A DNA stretch of 63,650 nt, filler included, from Octopus bimaculoides (taxonomy: Eukaryota): the NCBI RefSeq assembly GCF_001194135.2. It is 4 parts of 3 records of this genome, joined end to end, with 100 filler letters (N's around TTAATTAATTAA, not from the genome) between each part and the next. Parts side by side here need not be neighbours in the genome. Positions count along the whole stretch, not along the records: positions 1 to 31,016 come from NC_068987.1; 3 more parts are not named here. The stretch is one strand, 5' to 3'. Positions 1-9,605 of this stretch are shown here, piece after piece. A program made the position numbers and the translations under genes. Every line of letters starts with the position of its first letter. Positions within the stretch are counted from its first letter, which is position 1. The notes below the pieces were generated by a model. That model was not told where the DNA came from. It was given only the letters and a program-made list of their open reading frames with translations, and ran no database searches.

Positions 1-175
1 TGTCAGGTGTCTTGGGGAAATTTCGAACCTGGGTTCTCATTCCTAACGATGTTACTATTATTATATCATTATTGTTATTATTATTATTACTATTATTAAT
101 CAGGTCGCTGCCGTGAATCGAACTCGGAACCTTGGGGTTAGTAGCCCGCGCTCTTAACCACTACGCCATATGCCC
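1..175 (-). mobile_element. tRNA-derived SINE, head at 100-175, body cut by the window start
   Basis: The minus strand reads gggcatatggcgtagtggttaagagc (A box) ... ggttccgagttcgattc (B box), followed by a (taa)n-rich body. It has no proper tRNA acceptor stem. Confidence 0.7.
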
Positions 176-906
176 GAAACGTTGTGTTAACAACAAACAA
201 GATGAGGACAAATATCCGTCAAATGTAAATAATGTAAATAACTTTTAAGTTACTTAACCCCTTAGGTACTTACTAAGTGTAACAAATCTTTTAGAATGTC
301 TTTCACTTAAAATTACTAATATTCTTTATATACATTTGGTCCGTATAGCATTCTGTTTGTGTTTCTAGTTACATAACAAACTATCACTTATCTACGGAAT
401 AACATACTATATCTTACGTTTTAAAGTTATGTCATTTTAGGCTATTTTTATTTTAGTCTGTTTCATATTTAAATATGCTATATTTTATTATAATACTACA
501 TGTATTATAATACTATATATATTATTATAATATATTATAATAATATATATATTATTATAATATATTATAATAATATATATATTATATTATAATATTATAT
601 TATATATCTTAAAACAATGTACCTATATTAATTTACACACTGCTTATCTATAGCATTTGTATTGGTGCATAATATATTGTAATATATTGTAATTATACTC
701 ATACACCTACTTTCGCAATTTCGTTTATTTAACACCTCAGAATGAGATATTGTTCTCTTACTTGTATTGTAACTCCAATAAATATATTATGTTCCTCCCC
801 TTTTTAAGGTTTATATCCTGTTCTTTATATAAAAAGTTTATCAGCTAACGGTTTGGAGCCGTATACTCAACAGGCAGGTATATGAACACCTAATTGTATG
901 TCTTTA

Positions 907-995
907 GCCAACTCTGATGAGATTCGACTTTTAAAAGATTTTAATTATGGTAATTAATTTATAAAGGACTGTAATCGAAACAGCTGTCAGAGATG
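907..995 (+). ncRNA. Minimal type I hammerhead ribozyme motif (Penelope-associated type)
   Basis: CTGATGA at 914-920. Helix II GATT/AATC (921-924/973-976) plus AC/GT. GAAA at 977-980. Helix III is C-AGCT-G with an A-U pair. Cleavage triplet GTC at 986-988. Helix I has only 2 contiguous bp. Confidence 0.6.
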
Positions 996-2043
996 ATATC
1001 GAATGGTTTTATTAATAAATAATTATTAATTATCTCTCTATTTTCTTATATTATATATGTGCGTGCGTGTGTGTGTGAGTGTGTGTGTGTGTGTGTGTGT
1101 GCGTGTGTGTGTGAGTGTGTGTGTGTGTGTTATAATTTCTAGATCTCTCTAAAGGAGAGATATAGCAGCGCAATAATGTGTATTAATATTTATTGCCAAA
1201 CTACTGTTCGAAATTGTTATCGGCGCAGGTTTGTGCGTCATATAGCTAGCTAGAGGCGAACGCCTCACGGAGCTAATCAACAGTAGCATTCGTTCTATGT
1301 CTCTGCACTGCCACGTTAGTTTGGCTATATATATATATATATATATATAATTGTCCTCAAATGTCCTGAAACCTAATTTTCAATGTACTTATCAGTAATC
1401 CACAGGGTTTTGCATTTCTCACTTATTGCTTTAGGTGTTACTTAGATTACGCAGAACTCATGTGATTCAGTTGAATGCTTTTGGGTTACATCGGCATCTA
1501 AAATATACATCAGGTGAAATATAAAAGAAGACCAAAATGAAATACCAAAAGTTTAATTCAGAATTTGTTCAGTCATTACTTATAATATAGATCAACTGCT
1601 AAATGTGATAGAAGTATATCGTATTTAAAAATGAATATATCTGTATATCCACATGTGTTTACGTCTGTCTATTTTTCTGTGCGCCGGTCTGTCAGTCTAT
1701 ATGCATGTATGTATGTATGTGTATTTGTTTGTGTGTGTATTTGAGCGTGTGTGTGTTTGTGTGCGTGCGTATGTAAGTCTGTGAGTGTCTGTGTTTGTGT
1801 GCCTCTCTTTGTACCTGGCTGTCTGTGTGAATGGTATGTATAAGTATATATATATATATATGAGTAAAATACTTTATTTGCCAGAAGACAGGAAATTTTG
1901 AAAACATTCAAAGGTATATTCTCATGATAATCATTGTTATTATCGGTAATAGAAATAATTCGTTTTAGTATTACTATAAATAACAGTCCTTTCTTCAGTA
2001 GGAACAAGGCGTGAAATATATTTTTAAGGGGACGAGGACACAC

Positions 2044-2192
2044 GATTACATCGAACTCTGTCATGAACTGGTACTTATTTCATCCACCTTGAAACGATGA
2101 AATGCAAAGATGACCTCCACGAAAGTTGTACTTAGGATATGAAGACGAACGAAATACCCGCGAAGCACTTTGGCCGGTGTACTAACGTTTCT

Positions 2193-2195
<3 letters not shown>
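2044..2195 (-). mobile_element. SINE family A (tRNA head plus Meta/MESC-like central domain), diverged
   Basis: Contains tggtacttatttcatcc..gaaa..gatgaaa..caaag..gacctc..gaaatacc..aagca..ctaacgtttct, homologous to the copies at 49244 and 63241. Confidence 0.65.
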
Positions 2196-2250
<55 letters not shown>

Positions 2251-2273
2251 TGCTACTACNNNNNNNNNNTTAA

Positions 2274-2311
<38 letters not shown>

Positions 2312-2895
2312 TTACTACTACTACTAGTAGTAGTAGTAGTAATAAGAAGAATGGCAAGTGGTAATCTTTGTACGAACTATTTACAGTATAACCCGGTCCA
2401 GAGTGGTATATCGGGATTATCATGTTACACTGACTTTACAACACCTTCCTGCAACTCAGTATCGTAACATATTCACCAGCCTGACAAAGATCATAAGTGT
2501 TATTCATCACTTGTCGCTAATTTATCAGTACATCCACACGAATGTTGCTGTATAAGGGACCTTAAATACTCACTGTAACGCTGAAGTTATTTGTTACTCC
2601 CTAAGATTTAAGCAGTGATGTCACTGACGCAGGAAACACTAAACTTCCAGCACTAAAAGACATTAATATCCGTGGGGAGTAGTATCGCTGAGTTATCACT
2701 GACAAAGAGCAATAAGCTCTTTCCGAATGCTTGAGCGGCGGTCATACTTTCATCTACAGGAAAATTAAATTTGCTTGCTAACTCAAACTGTTACTCAGTA
2801 AATAGCCAAAATATAAGTGCTGAGAGCCATTTTCATCCGTTCATTCATTCACTCGTATCTATATCTATCTGTCGGTCTATATATCTACCAATCCA

Positions 2896-3030
2896 TCTTC
2901 CGAACCACATGGTTCCGGACTCCGTCCCAATGCGTGGCACCGTAAGCAAGTGTCTTCTACTATAGCCTCGGGCCGACCATAGACGTGTGAGTGGATTTGG
3001 TAGACGGAAATTCAAAGAAGCCCTTCGTAT
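2896..3030 (+). mobile_element. CORE-like SINE family B, 5' part
   Basis: aaccacatggttccgg...gcaagtgtcttctactatagcctcgggccgacc...gtgagtggatttggtagacggaaa, homologous to the full copy at 57674-58082. Confidence 0.8.
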
Positions 3031-3861
3031 ATATATATATATATATATATATNNNNNNNNNNNNNNNNNNNNNNNNNNNNNNNNNNNNNNNNNNNNNNNN
3101 NNNNNNNNNNNNNNNNNNNNNNNNNNNNNNNNNNNNNNNNNNNNNNNNNNNNNNNNNNNNNNNNNNNNNNNNNNNNNNNNNNNNNNNNNNNNNNNNNNNN
3201 NNNNNNNNNNNNNNNNNNNNNNNNNNNNNNNNNNNNNNNNNNNNNNNNNNNNNNNNNNNNNNNNNNNNNNNNNNNNNNNNNNNNNNNNNNNNNNNNNNNN
3301 NNNNNNNNNNNNNNNNNNNNNNNNNNNNNNNNNNNNNNNNNNNNNNNNNNNNNNNNNNNNNNNNNNNNNNNNNNNNNNNNNNNNNNNNNNNNNNNNNNNN
3401 NNNNNNNNNNNNNNNNNNNNNNNNNNNNNNNNNNNNNNNNNNNNNNNNNNNNNNNNNNNNNNNNNNNNNNNNNNNNNNNNNNNNNNNNNNNNNNNNNNNN
3501 NNNNNNNNNNNNNNNNNNNNNNNNNNNNNNNNNNNNNNNNNNNNNNNNNNNNNNNNNNNNNNNNNNNNNNNNNNNNNNNNNNNNNNNNNNNNNNNNNNNN
3601 NNNNNNNNNNNNNNNNNNNNNNNNNNNNNNNNNNNNNNNNNNNNNNNNNNNNNNNNNNNNNNNNNNNNNNNNNNNNNNNNNNNNNNNNNNNNNNNNNNNN
3701 NNNNNNNNNNNNNNNNNNNNNNNNNNNNNNNNNNNNNNNNNNNNNNNNNNNNNNNNNNNNNNNNNNNNNNNNNNNNNNNNNNNNNNNNNNNNNNNNNNNN
3801 NNNNNNNNNNNNNNNNNNNNNNNNNNNNNNNNNNNNATATATATATATATATATATAGGTG

Positions 3862-3960
3862 TGTGTAACCAAATCCACAGAAAAGGCTTTGGTAAGTCCG
3901 AGGCTATACTAGAGTCACAAGGTACACGCAGTCGGACTGAACTGGGAACCACACAACTAC
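3862..3960 (-). mobile_element. CORE-like SINE family B fragment
   Basis: accaaatccac..aaggctttggt..ccgaggctata, the reverse complement of the family B body. Confidence 0.65.
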
Positions 3961-4337
3961 GGCTCAGTATGTATATTTTATGTAAGTATTATGTATATAT
4001 GTATGTATGTGTGTATGTATGTATGTATGTATATACGTTGTATGTATGTTTGCAAATCAGATATTTTCTGCTACCAATCTATTCGTACTAGAGTCTCATA
4101 ATTATAGCCATGGTTCCAGACACATATGTTATTGTATTATATGTGATTTTTTTTCTATATGTATAAAATGAGGGGAAAGTCAAATATGTGTATAATTTAT
4201 ATTTCTACAATGACCTCTTGATTATTTTCTTATAAAGAAATCCGAGTTGACAATTGACATGAATAAAGATTACTTAATTGGCTTGCTATTCTTCTATACG
4301 TATTGTGTTTCCTCTCCTCAAATCTCTGAGTTGTTGT

Positions 4338-4371
<34 letters not shown>

Positions 4372-5271
4372 NNNNNNNNNNNNNNNNNNNNNNNNNNNNN
4401 NNNNNNNNNNNNNNNNNNNNNNNNNNNNNNNNNNNNNNNNNNNNNNNNNNNNNNNNNNNNNNNNNNNNNNNNNNNNNNNNNNNNNNNNNNNNNNNNNNNN
4501 NNNNNNNNNNNNNNNNNNNNNNNNNNNNNNNNNNNNNNNNNNNNNNNNNNNNNNNNNNNNNNNNNNNNNNNNNNNNNNNNNNNNNNNNNNNNNNNNNNNN
4601 NNNNNNNNNNNNNNNNNNNNNNNNNNNNNNNNNNNNNNNNNNNNNNNNNNNNNNNNNNNNNNNNNNNNNNNNNNNNNNNNNNNNNNNNNNNNNNNNNNNN
4701 NNNNNNNNNNNNNNNNNNNNNNNNNNNNNNNNNNNNNNNNNNNNNNNNNNNNNNNNNNNNNNNNNNNNNNNNNNNNNNNNNNNNNNNNNNNNNNNNNNNN
4801 NNNNNNNNNNNNNNNNNNNNNNNNNNNNNNNNNNNNNNNNNNNNNNNNNNNNNNNNNNNNNNNNNNNNNNNNNNNNNNNNNNNNNNNNNNNNNNNNNNNN
4901 NNNNNNNNNNNNNNNNNNNNNNNNNNNNNNNNNNNNNNNNNNNNNNNNNNNNNNNNNNNNNNNNNNNNNNNNNNNNNNNNNNNNNNNNNNNNNNNNNNNN
5001 NNNNNNNNNNNNNNNNNNNNNNNNNNNNNNNNNNNNNNNNNNNNNNNNNNNNNNNNNNNNNNNNNNNNNNNNNNNNNNNNNNNNNTATATACAAAGAGAG
5101 AGAGGTAAGGCATACACATGGAACAATTACAATGAAGCATTGCGTAGAGTATATTGTATAAAGGATTATGGGTAAGGCCTGAACAAATAAATGCAAGGCA
5201 AATCAAAGGAAAACAAGTATTTAGAAGTAATGACCTCGTTTTCAAGAAATTAACGAATGTTGCCTACGGCG

Positions 5272-5395
5272 TGGTTGAGCGTATGTGAGCGTGTGTGAGC
5301 GTGTGTGAGCGTGTGTCAGTGTATGTGAGCGTGTGTCAGCATATGTGAGCGTCTATCAGCGTATGTGAGCGTGTTTGAGCGTATGTGGGCATGTG
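5272..5395. repeat. 10-bp tandem repeat (gagcgtgtgt)n, degenerate
   Basis: About 12 units are directly visible. Confidence 0.85.
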
Positions 5396-5424
5396 TGGAG
5401 CAGATATACGTGGAAGGTGTTTTT

Positions 5425-5690
5425 ATAGCAACCAACTAGCTTCCTGAAACTTTCTTAAGTTGTTGATCTTATGTATCTTTTGGTGCATGAGGTTATTGTA
5501 AGATTGCCTCTGTTCTGTTATGTTGCCTTGATGTGCACTATGAATTCCTGGGTCTGGCTTTTCCGTAGATGTTTCTTCAAAGAAGAGTTTTTTCCAACCA
5601 AATGTGTTCCTTAATGTGTATATGCAGTTTCTTGCTGTGGATTCTATGTAAGATGCGCCACATTTGACACAGACGATCAAATGTTATGGG
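5425..5690 (-). mobile_element. Penelope-like element GIY-YIG endonuclease remnant
   Basis: The minus strand encodes IVCVKCGASYIESTARKLHIHIKEH (frameshifted). Colinear nucleotide homology to 53625-53860 (tgtggcgcatc.tacat, attaaggaacacat, gaagaaacatcta, agtgcacatcaaggcaaca). Confidence 0.8.
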
Positions 5691-5929
5691 CTTCAAACTG
5701 ACAAGATCATTGCACCAGACCAATAATCATATCTACCCATCATATACTACCAGATTATAGAATAAAAGAGATTGCAAATAATAACGGTAGAATACAGGCA
5801 ATGTATGCCAATGATTTTCACACTGTAAGTATTTTTTAATACTGCAAAACAACGAAAGACGTTTAGTGCATGTATACTACACTAAACAAGCCCACAAGAA
5901 TGGAATATACCTGATTGTACTGCAATGGC

Positions 5930-6570
5930 TGATAAAATACGTAGGACAATTAAACACTAAAATATTAGTAAATGTGTTTGTCATCGTACCATGGATATTG
6001 GTTCACAATGGAAGATATACAAAAAAAGAATATATATTTCGTGTATTATTTCTAAAGGTAGTTTCCGATTAATACCTTCTGTAGTATGTGGATTCAATCC
6101 AAGCATATAGTTACATATATGTTCGATAATTGTTAATATTATGCTACTAGAATTAGAGGGTGTCAAAAAGGATAATTTTGAGATAGTAGTGATCGACAAA
6201 ATGTTAATTATGTAATAATTGACTATAATACCAAAAACGGTTAAAGAGTTATGTAATACTCATCTTGAAAGCATTATGGATACAGGAACATGTCTCTAAT
6301 TCTCTCAAAGCAAGTATCACTAAGCACCTTACACCAAAAAAACGGAAACGCTTAGATCAAAGAGACTATTCCCATAAGACAACACTAACGAGACTTGAAC
6401 AACCGACAAAATTTGAGCAAAACCGATTGGCAAATATAGGTTCTTCTACGTTGCTTTTGACTACATTTTCTTTTCTCGAATGTATAGCGTATACCCTACC
6501 TATAAACAATAATAGCTTCCTGACGAAGGAATTTAAAACGTGATTTGCATTTTCACTAATTTTCAAACTT
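5930..6570 (+). mobile_element. Heavily degraded Penelope-like element 3' region (tentative)
   Basis: Broken frames give DKIRRTIKH*NI and IKETIPIRQH*RDLNNRQNLSKTDW, resembling the PLE thumb and GIY-YIG C-terminus. It ends in a decayed hammerhead-like ctgacgaaggaatt...aattttcaaac (6520-6570). Confidence 0.35.
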
Positions 6571-7929
6571 TGCTGATCAAAATAACTCAGTAGAAATAAT
6601 ACAAACTTATCTGTATTTCTACACGCTTCTATATCAGAGAGAAAAGCATATGTTCACAAAATATCAAATTTGTAAATGTATTAAGGTAAATGTATAATAT
6701 TTGTCCTTATATTATTTCTCCCCAAACCATTTAATTTTCTGCGATATTCCTGTTCTTTTTTATAATATATTCCTCAATATATCAATCATGCGATAAAATA
6801 CACAGTGATACATGTAAACTTGCAAGCATGATTATATGTATACATGCATAAATGTGTACGTGTGTATGTGATTGTGTGTATATGTGTATGTTTGTGTATA
6901 CATATGTATATTTGTACGAAAGTATTATATCTGTATGCATATACGCCGGTTTGTCTTTTTTTACTTCATTATATTCCTGATCAAACTTCTGCTTTTTAAA
7001 ACAATATGGACAAGTAACATTTTAAAAGACGTTTTACACAGAATATGCTTAAGTTTTTCTAGGTGTTACAAGGTCACAAATGCTTCTAAACAACTGCACC
7101 TAAACGATTAGCTCAGAATTACCTGAAAGGCAATTTCAATTGGTAATGACTATATATAGTTAAGATAAATGCAAAAAAGCGTCGCGTTTTTATGAACAAT
7201 GTCAATAAGAAATTGAATTCTTTCAAATATATTTTCAATAGAAAATAAGGTTGGCTATTTGTAAGACAGTCTCGCACTGAACTAATATATTCTCTCTTCT
7301 TAAGAGTTACCTTTTCAATATATCCTGTTTCTAAATTCAGTTTATATTATACGTGTGGAATAGACTACTCACCTATACTTTTCTCTTTCTTATAAAACGT
7401 CTTACATAAAAGATAATGTTGATTTAACTCGTGATTTATTTTACTTCTTATGTCATTTCTCCTGATTATCAATTTATTCTTTCTGTAAGATAGCTTTTAT
7501 TTTTTAATTTTATTTCGGTATTGTCACAGGTTATTCTTGTCGTTTTTGTTGTATTTCTATCTCATTTCATTCATTTCTCGAGTCTCCACTCTAAATTTTT
7601 TCATCTGCGTGCCTCTTTGCTTATTTTCTCTCAACTCGTTCCACTTTTTGCATGGTTTTACTTGTATTTTTCTCAAGCTTTTTTCCTCCATTATTTCAAA
7701 ATCTTCATTTTCCCACTTACTCAGCTTTTTTTTTTTTCCTACCTTCCTCCAACGTTCTCTCTACAGTTCTTGTCTATTTTCTTCAAGACCTCCTTTATTC
7801 TCTACTATGTGTCATATTCTCTTCGTAATATTTCTTTAATTTAATCTCTCTCTCACATTGCATCTATTGTGTGAGTGAGTATGGTGTGTGTGTGTAGGTA
7901 TATAAATTCTGGCTCAAAGCCAGCTATTT

Positions 7930-8112
7930 CAGGAGGGCAGTCAAAGTCGATTATATCAAGCCCAGTGCTCAACTGGTACCTATTTTATCGACACCGACAG
8001 AATGAAAGGCAAAATCGACCTCTACGAAGTTTGAACTTGAAGTGTAGTCTTTAAAAATGCTGCACGCACTTATCTGGCTGCGGTAAGGATTTTGCCGACT
8101 CCCTGCCTTTAT
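7930..8112 (-). mobile_element. SINE family A
   Basis: aagtcgatt..cccagtgctcaactggtacctattttatcgac..aatgaaaggcaaaatcgacctc..tttgaact. Confidence 0.75.
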
Positions 8113-8289
8113 AATACAAGCGCTGATCAATAATTATCCGTAGTGTTGTCATAATACCGATGCTAAAGCATACGGAGTGAAGCCACTTGGGAAATGTTAA
8201 CCTTGAACTCTGTTATCTATAAACTCTACCTTTTAACGTTCCAGCTTGGTCATTCCTGTTTACAGCAGACTTTTGAAGGAAGGTGTGTA

Positions 8290-8715
8290 GCGTGTGATCC
8301 TCGCATTGACCATGACAGAGAAAGTAGTCATGGCGATACCTGCTCAGAGGCCTACGTAAATTTGCAGAAAGTTTATGGAGAGGGGTATATAAGTGCAGGA
8401 ATGGTTCACCCTTTTCCAAGATGGCTGAAAAAATGTCGATACTAACGAACGTTCTGAGAGACCTGCAATCATCAGAACTGAGAAAAACATCGCAGATATG
8501 ATTGCAGCTGTGAGGGAAAATCGTCGAATCACCATCCGTGAGTTATCAGAGGATGTGCAGATTAATTCCGGTTCGGTTCATTATCACTGAAGATTTGGTT
8601 ATGAGACACGTGTCTCCCAAATTACTGCGAAAACTGGTTTGAGCTGACTAAAAAGACACTCGCGCTTCACTTGCAAAAGACCCCTTGATTGTGTGGAAAA
8701 TGATGGACACTTTTT
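8290..8715 (+). mobile_element. Mariner transposase 5' fragment (HTH region), pseudogenised
   Basis: Frameshifted translation MTEKV..GDTCSEAYVNLQKVYGEG..RSERPAIIRTEKNIADMIAAVRENRRITIRELSEDVQINSGSV..ITEDL.MRHVSPK. Confidence 0.85.
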
Positions 8716-8810
8716 GAAAATTTTGTGTAGGCAACTGAGTAAGTATCCAAGCTTTTGGCAAAATTTGATGCTGATTCTTTGCTCCACTTTTTCTGTCAAT
8801 ATGTACCAAG
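8716..8810 (-). mobile_element. Inverted copy of the start of the same mariner ORF
   Basis: The minus strand encodes TEKVEQRISIKFCQKLGY, the N-terminus of the family seen on + at 8310. Confidence 0.7.
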
Positions 8811-9145
8811 CAGTTTTATTCTGCGAGCTTTAGCTTCGTTACAATGGCAACAGTCCGGATACGTATTGATCAGATCACTATGTATAAGTAAGTTTGCAGG
8901 GATGTATTATACAAGCAGATGCCGTTTTAGCTCTCAGTTTGGTTCCAGATTCCGGCCAACAGCGGTACATATTCCAATATCCTTGCCTATAATAATTTGT
9001 TAGACATAGGTAAGTTTACTGGTTGGGTGTTTCCGTGTGTACTACTCAGTAATGCAAAGGTTCCGTAGAGTGGGAAATATTATTAATAATATTTATCTTA
9101 TAGTTGTTTACAGCATTATTAATTCGTAGCAGACCTAAGGTACAT

Positions 9146-9227
9146 ACCCTGATGAAACCGCACTGACAATATTACAAGGTTGCATCTCGAGCACTGTACG
9201 GTCACTGCAACGGAAACACATGTAGGT
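9146..9227 (+). ncRNA. Degenerate hammerhead ribozyme motif
   Basis: CTGATGA at 9149-9155, GAAAC-ACAT-GTA at 9213-9224, helix I ACC/GGT (3 bp). The helix II closing pair is broken (A/G). Confidence 0.4.
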
Positions 9228-9316
9228 CTTTGTAATATGCTATAAATATTTTTAAAATAAATTTTTGATGTCCAGATCTCAATTTTCCTTATGGTTAACG
9301 TATATTTGTGTGTGTG

Positions 9317-9365
<49 letters not shown>

Positions 9366-9394
9366 GTGTGTTTGACTGTGTGCCCTTGTGTCTA

Positions 9395-9605
9395 TGTACG
9401 TCTCCTACCAACACTTGGCAACCGATATCGGTTTGCTTATGTCCCCGCAATTTAGGGGCTCCACATAAGAGACTGATTGATTAAGTACCAGATTTGTAAA
9501 AAAATAATAAGTACTGAAGTCGATTCGCTCGACTAAACATTCTTCAAATCGGTGCCCCATCATTGCTGCTGTCCAATAACAATAACTCAAACAAGAAAAA
9601 AACAA
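9395..9605 (+). mobile_element. SINE family B, 3' half
   Basis: cttggcaaccgat..gtccccgcaatttag..aagagactgatt..aagtactgaagtcgattcgctcgactaaa..acaagaaaaa. Confidence 0.65.

Noticed and set aside
100-175. tRNA gene
   Set aside because: A and B boxes are present, but there is no acceptor stem or cloverleaf and it runs into a repeat body; this is a SINE head, as at 35800, 45880 and 52945.
175-238. GAAACGTT half-hammerhead next to the SINE head
   Set aside because: There is no CTGANGA partner upstream on this strand. It is probably an inverted tail fragment of the same SINE, and that rests on my recollection of the consensus.
4210-4250. Other hammerhead-like shells (also 6520, 10515-10545, 23170, 30085, 54010, 57050-57090, 60431-60475 and 61700-61730)
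   Set aside because: Each lacks one or more invariant core nucleotides or helices; at best they are decayed relics.
2960-5245. Long ORFs with X runs (also at 22188-23133, 24368-24953, 58821-59821 and 61198-61601)
   Set aside because: They read through N gaps and dinucleotide repeats; these are artefacts.
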